This document shows positions 8,686 through 18,540 of a DNA stretch of 64,000 bases, piece by piece. The translations under genes and the position numbers were made by a program. The stretch comes from an archaeon (GTDB lineage Archaea > SpSt-1190 > DYHY01). The stretch covers positions 32,001 to 96,000 of the forward strand of contig JBBIPP010000002.1 of NCBI GenBank assembly GCA_037442745.1. Reading direction: 5' to 3'. Every line of letters begins with the position of its first letter. Position 1 is the first letter of the stretch. The notes below the pieces were generated by a model, which saw nothing but the letters and a program-made list of their open reading frames with translations, was not told the origin of the DNA and made no database searches.

Positions 8686-10689
8686 TCATTTCCCGAAAAT
8701 CCACCGGAAGAAATCAGAAAGCAGCTCTGAGAAAGCGCTCTTTCCGCACGAAATCCTTGAATCGACTGTCCCAGACGTCCTCCCTTTCCGGCCGAGCACG
8801 TCCTCATACTCTACCTCATAATAAATTTTAACGTCTGAGCAGGGCTCGCCAGAGACGAAATTCCCGGGAAAATTCGAAATTCCCTGGTATGTGAGGCGAC
8901 CGTTTGAGACAATTGCAAAATTCGAGAGAGTCTCCCCGCCCTTTTTTATCTCAAGGGGAATTGAGAGGGAGACTGTCGGCTTTGGTATTCTCCGGACAGT
9001 CCCGGATATTTCCCTCACAGTCCCGTTGAGAAGAGTTATTTTGACTGAGAAGTTATTGCCAGAGCCAATTGGTATTTTCCCCCCTGTCATTTTCGGGATT
9101 ATGTATTCCTTTCCCCGGTATTCCGCAGAAACGTCCTCCTCAGAATATATTGAGAGTTCAAGATTCTCCCCGAAATACCCTTCCTTTGGGGCAATTACCG
9201 AGACTTCAGGAGTATTGCCGGTTGCGAAGAAAACGCTTCCGGTCGACGAGAACACAAGCCCCTTTTCGAATCCCCGGAGGGGGACCTCCGTTTTTCCGGA
9301 GGAAATAGGGAACTCGAAGCTCCGCTCAATTCCGGTTTCCGGCTGGAAGAGGAATTCCCGGCTCCCGGGAGAGCCGTAGAAAATCCCGTAATCGGGGAAA
9401 ATCTCGGGAGAAGCAGTTCCCTTTCCCGATTCCGCAATAACTCTTGTCTTTGGCCCGGACGGATTTCCAAGAACTGCAGACCCTATCGGATATTCGTAAT
9501 AATAACCGGGAGAAATATTTTCCGGAGCCCTGAGGATGAAATATGCGCTCGAAGAACCCATTGCGGGGACAACAACAGGGCCGCTCGAAAACACAAGATC
9601 CAAGTTCTCGCTGTCCGCTAGGTTTCTTGCGAGATATATCGGGGAAGCAGACAATCCTATTGCTGTCGGAAGCGCGTTTGAAACAGTTGAATTGACAAGG
9701 AACGCCTCGCCCGACACAACCCTTCCATTCGAGGCCGTTATTTTCGAGAGAGCCCCGGGATTGAACCCCTCACCCGACCCCCTCACAAGCGAGAACTTTG
9801 GATTAGTCGGATTTATCCCATTCCAAGAAATCGAGGGAGGGCTTTTCAGGAAATCATAGCTCACCTGCTCGACGGATTTCGCTGCCTCGGGCGCAGTGTA
9901 GATCTTTATGTGGGATGTGTCAAGCCAGCCATACTGGGCAAAGCCAGTTGTCGGGTCGAAGGGAACCCATCCCTTCTCCGGGAAATACGCTTCCGCCCAT
10001 CCATGGCTTCCGAATTCCTCAGCCTCTCGCCCTCCAAATGCAAACCCCCCTACATAGCGGGCAGGAATCCCGGCAGCTCTCGAAAGTGCAATGAAGAGGT
10101 GCGCAAACTCTTCGCAGACGCCCCGCCTTTCAGCAAGGACTTTTCCAGTGTCGAGGCGCGATCCGAAAACTGAGCTGTCGTATGTAATGTTTCTATTTAC
10201 AAACTCGGCAATTTTCAGGAGGGCGCCAAATTCCGTCGTTTCCCCGAGGACAAGGCTTTGCGAAAGCTCCCGGATTTCCTTTGTCAGGCGGACAGCTTCA
10301 CCTTCGGAGAGAAACTCTGAGAAGGATTCCGGGAGACCTTCCAGCGGATATTTTTCAGTCCCGGATATTTTCGGGCCATATGTTTTCGTGCTAACCGAGC
10401 AGGAATATTCCACAATTGGAGTTTCCCCCGACTTCCATGAGAATTCCATTAATCCGGAAGGGGAGATGGATTTAGAGCACACTACTCTCTGGCGCTCGTC
10501 CTCCTTGGGAAAGAGGTTTGTTGTGAAGTTGAGAGTGCGAAAGCTCCCGGAAGAGACGCTTGCCGAGCCGGAAACCCTGAAAGAAATCTCGGCCTCTGAA
10601 AATGCGTCAGGAGTTCCAAGAGAAAAGCCTGCCGGAAGCAGAATTGCAAGAATTGCGAGGGCCCCGAAAGCGAACAAACCCTTTTCCAT
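8686..10689 (-). CDS. Secreted transglutaminase-like protein
   Basis: Signal peptide; catalytic triad GVCEEFA / HGWAEAY / FDPT; amphipathic C-terminus LLSDFFRWIFGK. Confidence 0.88.
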   Translation of the reverse strand: MEKGLFAFGALAILAILLPAGFSLGTPDAFSEAEISFRVSGSASVSSGSFRTLNFTTNLFPKEDERQRVVCSKSISPSGLMEFSWKSGETPIVEYSCSVSTKTYGPKISGTEKYPLEGLPESFSEFLSEGEAVRLTKEIRELSQSLVLGETTEFGALLKIAEFVNRNITYDSSVFGSRLDTGKVLAERRGVCEEFAHLFIALSRAAGIPARYVGGFAFGGREAEEFGSHGWAEAYFPEKGWVPFDPTTGFAQYGWLDTSHIKIYTAPEAAKSVEQVSYDFLKSPPSISWNGINPTNPKFSLVRGSGEGFNPGALSKITASNGRVVSGEAFLVNSTVSNALPTAIGLSASPIYLARNLADSENLDLVFSSGPVVVPAMGSSSAYFILRAPENISPGYYYEYPIGSAVLGNPSGPKTRVIAESGKGTASPEIFPDYGIFYGSPGSREFLFQPETGIERSFEFPISSGKTEVPLRGFEKGLVFSSTGSVFFATGNTPEVSVIAPKEGYFGENLELSIYSEEDVSAEYRGKEYIIPKMTGGKIPIGSGNNFSVKITLLNGTVREISGTVRRIPKPTVSLSIPLEIKKGGETLSNFAIVSNGRLTYQGISNFPGNFVSGEPCSDVKIYYEVEYEDVLGRKGRTSGTVDSRISCGKSAFSELLSDFFRWIFGK

Positions 10690-10743
10690 AGGGACCTTCC
10701 CCCACAATTACTTTTAAAACAAGGGCATTTAACCAACCGAAGA

Positions 10744-11673
10744 ATGCCTCCCCTTAACGCAAATCCGGAATTCTTCTCCGCAAAGGAAAAGTACGAAAAG
10801 GCAAAGACAATCCCCGAGAAAATATCTGCTCTTGAGGAAGTGATAAGGATGGCTCCTACACACAAGGGAGCGGAGAAGCTCCGGGCTCAACTTAAAAAGA
10901 AGCTCTCTGAGCTGAAGGAACAGCTGATAACCGCGTCCAAGAAGAAAGGTGGCGGGACGAGCGCATTCTCAATAAAGAAGACTGGAATACTCCAAATAGT
11001 CCTGCTTGGTTATCCGGGGGCTGGAAAATCAACAGTCCTCTCTGCAATAACGAACGCGAAACCAGAAATCTCCCCTACGCAATACACAACCCGCTTTCCC
11101 GAAATAGGGACACTCAAATTCTCAAGAATGGATTTTCAGGTAATAGAGGTTCCGGCAATTGTCCCCGGGACATTTGATTCCGGAAGGGGCGAGCTATTCG
11201 CAATAATAAGGAACGCGGATGTTCTCGCAATGATACTCGATTCAAGGTTTGCAAAAGAGCAGTTCCAGGGGCTCCAAACCGAGATGAAAAAGGCAGGGAT
11301 ATCAGGGAAGAAGATAGTTGTCGTCGCAAACAAGTTCGACCTCGCAAAGCCGGCTCTCGAGAACTGCCCGCATCCTGTGATATTCTCAAGCCCCTCCTCT
11401 AGAAACTCGCTTTCAATATTAGGAGAGATTGCTTGGAAGGAGAGCGGCAAAATGAAGGTTTTCACAAAGAAGGCGGGGCAGGTCGACGAGAGGCCGTTCG
11501 TTATGGATCGGGGCGCGACTGTGAGGAGCGCTGTTCGGACAATACACAAGGAAATTCTGGAGACTTTCAGGTTCGCGCGCGTATGGCGAAAGGATTCCCA
11601 GCATTCAGGGTCAAGGGTTGGCTTGGATTTCGTCCTGAAAGACGATGACATTCTCGAGATTTTCGCGAAATAG
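10744..11673 (+). CDS. DRG/OBG-family GTPase with TGS domain
   Basis: PTHKGAEKLRAQLK, GYPGAGKST, YTT, NKFD and C-terminal TGS (FRFARVW...RVGLDFVLKDDDILEI). Confidence 0.92.
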   Translation: MPPLNANPEFFSAKEKYEKAKTIPEKISALEEVIRMAPTHKGAEKLRAQLKKKLSELKEQLITASKKKGGGTSAFSIKKTGILQIVLLGYPGAGKSTVLSAITNAKPEISPTQYTTRFPEIGTLKFSRMDFQVIEVPAIVPGTFDSGRGELFAIIRNADVLAMILDSRFAKEQFQGLQTEMKKAGISGKKIVVVANKFDLAKPALENCPHPVIFSSPSSRNSLSILGEIAWKESGKMKVFTKKAGQVDERPFVMDRGATVRSAVRTIHKEILETFRFARVWRKDSQHSGSRVGLDFVLKDDDILEIFAK

Positions 11674-11726
11674 ACTGCCTGAGTTAAAAATGGAAACTCG
11701 CTTTTCTTGAATCAGGGTCATTTGAG

Positions 11727-12302
11727 GTGGAAATTGGGAGAGAAATTGTTCTTTCCAGTATGTCCCCCCGGAGAAAAGCGCTTCTTTCCTCTTGGGGAAT
11801 GAAATTCACAGAAATTCCCCCCAAAGTTTCGGAAAGATCCTCAGAAAAAGACCCGAGAAAGCTAGTTCTCCTCCTTTCGAGGAGAAAGGCCCGGGCAGCG
11901 AGGCAAAAGGCGCCAAAAAATTCCCCAATAATAGGCTCAGACCTCTTTGTCTTCTTCCGTGGAAAAATATACGGAAAACCAAAAAACAAGCGAGAGGCAA
12001 GGACGAACCTCCTAAAGTTTTCAGGAAAAAGCCAAGAAGTATTCTGCGGAGTAACAGTAATTGACAATTCAACTGGACAGGAATTTTCAGTAGTATCAAA
12101 GACCCGGATTTTTTTCAGGAGGTTCAAGGAGAGCGACGCGGAAATATATATCCTCTCGAGCGAGTACAAAGACAAGGCCGGATGATGCGCAATACAGGGC
12201 GAAGGAAAGCGTCTGATACTCCATCACACCGGAGAGCTCCCCACAATAATAGGCCTCTCAAAGAAGCTTGTTTTCAGAGGAATTTCCTCGCTTCAAAAAT
12301 AA
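11727..12302 (+). pseudogene. maf: Maf-family nucleotide pyrophosphatase interrupted by one in-frame TGA (12183-12185)
   Basis: LSSMSPRR, IIGSD and GKP motifs, then DKAG*CAIQGEG...IIGLS continuing in frame to TAA at 12300-12302. Confidence 0.8.
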
Positions 12303-12345
12303 CTCAATTACTTAATTGAGCAATTACATATTTAATCAATTCAGT
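12303..12345. promoter_or_regulatory. Palindromic operator in front of the surface-protein operon
   Basis: CTCAATTA-CT-TAATTGAG perfect inverted repeat (12303-12320), further CAATT copies at 12321 and about 12337, and an AT-rich TATTTAAT box between them. Confidence 0.6.
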
Positions 12346-12356
12346 GAGTTAGGCAA

Positions 12357-12593
12357 ATGTTTAAAAGGAGATTTACCCAAAAAAGGCCAATGCGGGCTAG
12401 TTTCGACTATGAAGACGAAAAAATGAGGTCCGTAGACGAAATTATCTTCAATTACAACCGGGACAAGCCGACTTCCCGCAGAATTTCAAAATCCGAACTT
12501 TTGAGAAAACTTCTTGACCTTGTTTCCGCCGGGAAAATAAATCTGGAAAAAATCGCTTCAGAAGGAGGGGGAGGGCAGAATGAAAAGAAATAG
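12357..12593 (+). CDS. Small ribbon-helix-helix-like regulator
   Basis: Beta strand MRASFDY, helix, then ISKSELLRKLLD; overlaps the start of the giant gene. Confidence 0.6.
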   Translation: MFKRRFTQKRPMRASFDYEDEKMRSVDEIIFNYNRDKPTSRRISKSELLRKLLDLVSAGKINLEKIASEGGGGQNEKK

Positions 12594-15500
12594 GGCGCGG
12601 GAAGCAATTCTAGCTCTCGCAGTTTTCGCCCTGTTTCTCCCGGCTGCCTTCTCGGCAGACCCTACCTTTTCGCCCTCCGTTGACAGGCCCGGATTTGCAG
12701 TCCCAGAACAGCTCTCAACGAACCAGTCGAATGTTTACCTCGAGTTCTATACCGGCGCAATTGACCTCGATCCCGGGGGCGAGTCTGCGACAACAACTCA
12801 GATAGAAATTTCTCTCCCGTCAATAATCTCCGCCACTGGGACAATACTCTCTTTCCCGAACCCGATATGCCCTCCCGGCCTCTCGAATCCGCAAATAATA
12901 AACAACAACACTCTCCGGTGCGTTCCCCGGGCAGGAATCGGGGAGACCGGGCTCTCGGACGGGGAGGATGTTACAATAGCCCTAACAATAAGTTCGATCA
13001 GGGAGTCTTTGGGGACAAACCCCCATGTTGTGCCAATAACTGTCACCGACTCTGAGGGGAACTCAAGCACAGTCAATATCAATTTTATTCTTCAAAACAG
13101 GCCCTCTCTTCTTTCCTCAGTTGCCCTCGGATTCCCGGGAACAGTTTCCAAGGGACAGCGGGATGTTCCGATAACTTTCCTGACTGTCAATTCCGCTGAC
13201 TCTCCTGCGGCCCTAGCGGAGATAGACTCCGTCCAGACAGAAGTCAGGGATTTTCTCGGCGCCCTGAGCGGATATTCCTCCTACTCCCAGAGCCCCGCAG
13301 GCGTATCGACCCTTGGTTCCGGAGAAGGTGTCAATTTGACGTTCTACATTGACATCCCGCTGAACGCTTCCGCAGGAACTCTCACACAATTGTTCAATCT
13401 CACGGTAACTGACCCGAACAGCCAGCAGAAATTCACCTCCGGAACAGTCCAGAATTCCACAACCGTTCTAAACCCCCCCAACCTCACAACCTCCCTAATA
13501 ATCAACAGCACGAGGTTCATATCAAGGACATATCCGTATAACACCCTCAACCTCACAATAAGAGTCAACAATTCCGGGCAGGCATCGGCCAACATCACAG
13601 GAGCTTCCCTCAAATTCTATGACGCCTCCGGCATTGACAGGTCAACTGAATTCACCTACACGAACACAAGCAGTCTGAACGCGACAATTCCCGCAAACAC
13701 CCTTTCCGACATATTGTTCAACATCACAGGAATAGGGAGCTGGGGAGGAGGACCAATCAATGTCAATTATACAGTTAGCTACGTAGATTCTGGTTCAGGA
13801 GTCCAATACGGGCCCCTCTCAGGCAACAAATCAAACGCGTTCGGATATGACACAACTCCCCCCGCCCTCTCAATACTCGGGGTGAAGGACATCGGGGGTT
13901 CGCTTTCCGCATATTTCATACGTCCGACATCCCCTTCAGTACAGATAAACTCGACAGTAACAGATTCCCTCTCAGGAACCTCTTCGAACTGCATTGTGCT
14001 CTTCGGAAACAACAACACTCGGACAACGACAGACCTTTCATACTCCTCCGGCACCTGCAACGGTAGCGTTGTTGCGCCCGCAGGACCTTCCCTTTACGGG
14101 GAGCTCCCCCTGAAAGTCGTTGCAACTGACGCGGTTGGGAACAATGCGACAGCGGTTTATTCCGTATTCCTCTACACCCTCCTTGTAAACACCTTCGACG
14201 GGATAACCGGGGCGGAGGTGAGAAACTCTTCAACCCTCTCCGACGCAATAGTCGGGGCCAGAAACAACACTCCAGGAAACCAGTTCTTCCGGTGCTATGC
14301 GAACACTGAGCTCAACAGCACCAGGCACTTTTGCGGAATACCATACGGAACAGTTGTCAACGTTTCCGCATATTCCCCCGCATATGTCTGGAACCAATCC
14401 CAAGGGAACCAGACTGTCTGCGTCGGGGGAAGCGAGAACATTTTCGCCTGCGACACGACAACCCCCGCTTTGGGCCGGGTTTACTCCAAAGTCCACCTCC
14501 TTCCGAACACTCTCGTTATTGTAAATGACGAGTTCGGGCTTCCGGTGGCGGGCTTCAATATTACAGTTACAGACTCTTCGTCCTGGCTAGCCTATCTCTC
14601 CGACGGTGGGGCTGGAGACGAAAATTCCAGCGCCGGAGCCTTTCTCTTCCCCTTCGACACTGCAAAAAGAAACGCGCCATTCTCAATAGAGTTCAACATT
14701 GCCCCTAACTACAACAACACCGGCCTCTCGTCCTGGAGCCAGTCCTTCGCTCCGACAAACACGAGCCAGACTGTAATACAAAAGACATCGAAATATTCCG
14801 TCCTATTCAACCTCCTAGACGAATTCGGCTCAATTGTGAACAGGACAGGGGGCTCAATTGTCTACAACCCGGATAGCGAATTCGGGTTCTACCCAGTAGC
14901 CTGCATTGCAAACCCATCCGACAACCACGTTTTCGGATGCAAAATACCAAGCGTTGCAAAGATTTCCAACACTTCTTACGGGTCATTTGGGGCGCCCTTT
15001 TCAGTTGAAAAACCCGGGTTTGTGAGTTTCCGAACGCTCCGCCTCATTCCACCAATGACTCCCGCATCAGGCCAGATAAACACGACTGAGCGCGCGAACT
15101 TTACGGTAATTGTGCAGGGAATGGACGCTTACAACTATTCCTCAATAGACTATTCAAAAATCAGCTCTGTCGAGACCCAGTTCGCCGGCGCATGCTCGAG
15201 GAACGGGACAATGTCTGTTTGGGGATGCCCCTCAACAGTCTCGGACGCATATGTTAACATAACGCCGACCAATGCCAGCGGATTTCTCTACTCGAACATC
15301 TCAATATCCCCGTCCGCCCTTGTCCAGAAGGTCTATCAATCGCTCAACAACTATTCCGTTGAAGTGGAGACCTTCGACGAACTAGCCCAAAGGCTGGTAT
15401 TCCAAAACATTTCATCAGTCGCATTCAACGGGACAATAAGCTGTGTCCAGAACCCGCTCAATTCATCCAATTGGGGCTGCCCAGTGCCAATAGCGTCCGC

Positions 15501-18500
15501 GAACTCGACAATAATTGCGTCTGCCAGCCCTTCAGGCAGTTATGTTAATTCACAGTCGTCCATTATTTCCCCCCCAGCCTCCATATACTCCGCATTTCCG
15601 AACAGGACAACAACTTACCACAACTACACAGTAAGGATAAACTCAACGGACGAATTCTCAAGAAGAGTCCAAGTCTTCGGCGCTAGCGTAACCGCACATT
15701 CAGGCCTCTTCACAATTACCTGCCTGAACTCAAGCCTCTCAGACTGGTTCTGCCCAGTTCCGGCCGGAAGCCAGTTCACTGTCCGCACAAAAATCCCTGG
15801 ATATGTTTCCTCAAACATCTCCTCGACTGCCCCAGTTCCGTCCCAGAACCAGTTGAGGATAAAGAGCCAGAACCAGTTCACAATAATTGTCTATACCCGG
15901 GACTCTTTGGGAGGGTTCCCAGACATCAGGGGATCCGGGAACGTCACGTTCGGGGGACTTCAGTGCGTTAACAATTCCGTCGCGACTTTTGTATGGGGCT
16001 GCCCGATCCAATGGTCAAGCGCGGGATTTGCCACAGTAACCAATCCGGGAATAATCTCGTGGAACTCCTCCAACTACACCTCGAACGGGGAGGACGGCCC
16101 CCAGGTTCCGATTTTCGGGAACTTCAACTACACCCTTCTGGTAAATCTCACTGACGAGATTGGGAACGCGCTTTCTGGAGCGACCGTCAACTCAACCGGC
16201 CTCGAATTCCCCTGCCAGTTCGAGAGCCCCGGGAAATACCACTGCCCCGTTTCATCCCAGAATTCGACAGTCACTGCATCGAAAACCGGATATGTTAACA
16301 GGACCGCGGTTGCTGCAGGAATGTCGACTGCAGGACCCCAGCAAATCCTCCAACTTACAAGCTCGAACTCCTCAGGCCTAGAATACTCCGCCTCAATAAG
16401 GATAACAAGGGAGACAAACGACACCGGCTATCTCCAGGAAATGAGCGAGTTAATAGAATTCATTAACGCGACAAGCGGGGTCGCAATAGCTAATTCAGGA
16501 AACAGATCAGACATCTCTTCTCCGAACGTATTCCTCTTCGCTTTCCCGCCCGGGACGCAGAACATTATTGTCAGAAAGCCTGGCTATGTCGACCGGCTCA
16601 TCTCGATGGTGACGACTTCAGCAGTCCAACAGCAGGAAGTTACTGACCATAAATTCTCCCTGAGAATAGGCCTTTTCGCCGAAAACGGAACATCAATAAC
16701 TTCGGGCGCCATGCTCTATCCGTACAGCCATCACAGGAACACAACCGCCACAACTCCCTACTATTATTTCGCAATACCTTCCGGGTTCTCGACAGTCCAT
16801 GCCGGAAAAACAGGGTATGTCAACAACTCGACATCTGCCACAATCAACACAACCTACCCGAACAACCAGATGCAGCTGACGTTAATTCTCCCCACTTCCC
16901 TCAAAATTACCGCGCTCGACTGGGGAGGAGCTCCCCTGAACGGGACAACCGTAACACTGGCATATTCCTCAAACAGCACAATCCTTCTCCAGAGAAACAT
17001 GTCCTCTTCCGAGAATGTCGGATATTTCGACATCCCGGCAACAACGCCCGCATTAAACATTTCCGTTTCAAAGCAGGGGTATAACACCGCCGGCTTTTCC
17101 TTCCAGACCTTCTCAGAGTTCTTGCAAAATGCCCTCGTCACATCACAGGCCCAAGGAATAAACCTGACAATAACAGACTGGGCGGGCCTTCCGGTTTCAA
17201 ATGTAACTGTTCGCCTCTACAGGAACACTTTCTCCCCATCGGAAAAAATCGCGACATGCGTCACAACATCCGCCGGAACGTGCCAATTCACGCCAGATAA
17301 CGGCCCGGCAGATTCCGAGACAGCATTCTTCAATTCTTCACGCCTCTCCCGGGGGAACCTAATCTTAGTTGATGCGACAAAGCCAGGATTCGCCGGAATA
17401 CAGACAACCGGCCCTTCATATTATTACCAGAACCTTACGTCCCCTCTCCAAGCCGGGCAGTTCAGGATTTCCGGCAAAATTGTCCTTTTTGTCAGGAACT
17501 CGTGGAACGCGAGCCACGTTGCGAACGCGACAGTAACGCTTTCGAACCTCTCTGCATCCACAATTGCCCTCGGCCGGACGAACTCGACTGGTGGAAAGGA
17601 ATTCCTTCCGAATTATTATGCCTACGCCGATTCCACAGACAGCCAGCTCTCCCCCCAGGAAACAGCCCATTTGGCATCAATCTGGCCGACTGCTTCAAAG
17701 GCAGGGTATTCGAACAACACTACAATACTCTCCTTCAACTCGTCAAAGCTCTCTGAAATGACAATAATTCTTTCAGATTCCGAGCCACCCGTATTCTCGT
17801 TCTACTGGCCGGACGGCTCGGCATATAACGGGCTGGCCTCCTTGCCCTATCACGGAAACTCAGTCGGGTTCGAGAGGTTCAACGCAACATTCTCAGTCTC
17901 AGACCCGTACGGCTCGGACGGCTCCGGCCTCGCTCCGAACGGGATTAGATACAGGATTCTCAACTCGACCGGGGGGATTTTCCTCAGCTGGACTCTCCCC
18001 TCCTGCTCATCCGGAATCTGCAACTTTTCAATCCTAGGTACGGAGATTCCCGCTGGCAACTTTTCAATTGTCCTGAATTCGACTGACAATTCCGGGCTTT
18101 CGAACTCCACCAACTTTACAATCCTCTCAATACCTGTTGCGAATTCGACTGCAATAAACTTCTCGAAACCCTCCGCGTTCTCCCACGGCCTCGACTATTG
18201 GAACTTTTCGTTCGACCTCCTCCTGAAAGGGGACTATGCCCGGATGAAGCTCTCGGACTTTTCCGGAATAGCCGGAGGATACCTGAACATTACCGAATCC
18301 GGATGCCCGAACGGAGCCTGCGCAAGAATGTGGTACTACAATTCGAGCTGTCTCCCAGAGAGCGCTCCAGTTTCGAACGAGTACAATTCGACCTTCGTCC
18401 CGTCCGCATTCTGCGACACGAACATGACGACCCCGCACATCAAAGAGGCAAAAATCTTCCTCATTGTCTCAATTCCGCCAGGCGTTCCTTCGGACAGATA

Positions 18501-18540
18501 CAACGGAACTTACGGCTTTTCTGGAGGGGCGACTGACTAG
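12580..18540 (+). CDS. Giant secreted surface glycoprotein A (1986 aa), Ig/prealbumin-like repeats
   Basis: Signal peptide, S/T/N-rich with very many N-x-S/T sequons, repeated DE(F/L)...C...WGCP...K.GY units, terminal IPPGVPSDRYNGTYGF, no C-terminal TM. Confidence 0.88.
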   Translation: MKRNRAREAILALAVFALFLPAAFSADPTFSPSVDRPGFAVPEQLSTNQSNVYLEFYTGAIDLDPGGESATTTQIEISLPSIISATGTILSFPNPICPPGLSNPQIINNNTLRCVPRAGIGETGLSDGEDVTIALTISSIRESLGTNPHVVPITVTDSEGNSSTVNINFILQNRPSLLSSVALGFPGTVSKGQRDVPITFLTVNSADSPAALAEIDSVQTEVRDFLGALSGYSSYSQSPAGVSTLGSGEGVNLTFYIDIPLNASAGTLTQLFNLTVTDPNSQQKFTSGTVQNSTTVLNPPNLTTSLIINSTRFISRTYPYNTLNLTIRVNNSGQASANITGASLKFYDASGIDRSTEFTYTNTSSLNATIPANTLSDILFNITGIGSWGGGPINVNYTVSYVDSGSGVQYGPLSGNKSNAFGYDTTPPALSILGVKDIGGSLSAYFIRPTSPSVQINSTVTDSLSGTSSNCIVLFGNNNTRTTTDLSYSSGTCNGSVVAPAGPSLYGELPLKVVATDAVGNNATAVYSVFLYTLLVNTFDGITGAEVRNSSTLSDAIVGARNNTPGNQFFRCYANTELNSTRHFCGIPYGTVVNVSAYSPAYVWNQSQGNQTVCVGGSENIFACDTTTPALGRVYSKVHLLPNTLVIVNDEFGLPVAGFNITVTDSSSWLAYLSDGGAGDENSSAGAFLFPFDTAKRNAPFSIEFNIAPNYNNTGLSSWSQSFAPTNTSQTVIQKTSKYSVLFNLLDEFGSIVNRTGGSIVYNPDSEFGFYPVACIANPSDNHVFGCKIPSVAKISNTSYGSFGAPFSVEKPGFVSFRTLRLIPPMTPASGQINTTERANFTVIVQGMDAYNYSSIDYSKISSVETQFAGACSRNGTMSVWGCPSTVSDAYVNITPTNASGFLYSNISISPSALVQKVYQSLNNYSVEVETFDELAQRLVFQNISSVAFNGTISCVQNPLNSSNWGCPVPIASANSTIIASASPSGSYVNSQSSIISPPASIYSAFPNRTTTYHNYTVRINSTDEFSRRVQVFGASVTAHSGLFTITCLNSSLSDWFCPVPAGSQFTVRTKIPGYVSSNISSTAPVPSQNQLRIKSQNQFTIIVYTRDSLGGFPDIRGSGNVTFGGLQCVNNSVATFVWGCPIQWSSAGFATVTNPGIISWNSSNYTSNGEDGPQVPIFGNFNYTLLVNLTDEIGNALSGATVNSTGLEFPCQFESPGKYHCPVSSQNSTVTASKTGYVNRTAVAAGMSTAGPQQILQLTSSNSSGLEYSASIRITRETNDTGYLQEMSELIEFINATSGVAIANSGNRSDISSPNVFLFAFPPGTQNIIVRKPGYVDRLISMVTTSAVQQQEVTDHKFSLRIGLFAENGTSITSGAMLYPYSHHRNTTATTPYYYFAIPSGFSTVHAGKTGYVNNSTSATINTTYPNNQMQLTLILPTSLKITALDWGGAPLNGTTVTLAYSSNSTILLQRNMSSSENVGYFDIPATTPALNISVSKQGYNTAGFSFQTFSEFLQNALVTSQAQGINLTITDWAGLPVSNVTVRLYRNTFSPSEKIATCVTTSAGTCQFTPDNGPADSETAFFNSSRLSRGNLILVDATKPGFAGIQTTGPSYYYQNLTSPLQAGQFRISGKIVLFVRNSWNASHVANATVTLSNLSASTIALGRTNSTGGKEFLPNYYAYADSTDSQLSPQETAHLASIWPTASKAGYSNNTTILSFNSSKLSEMTIILSDSEPPVFSFYWPDGSAYNGLASLPYHGNSVGFERFNATFSVSDPYGSDGSGLAPNGIRYRILNSTGGIFLSWTLPSCSSGICNFSILGTEIPAGNFSIVLNSTDNSGLSNSTNFTILSIPVANSTAINFSKPSAFSHGLDYWNFSFDLLLKGDYARMKLSDFSGIAGGYLNITESGCPNGACARMWYYNSSCLPESAPVSNEYNSTFVPSAFCDTNMTTPHIKEAKIFLIVSIPPGVPSDRYNGTYGFSGGATD

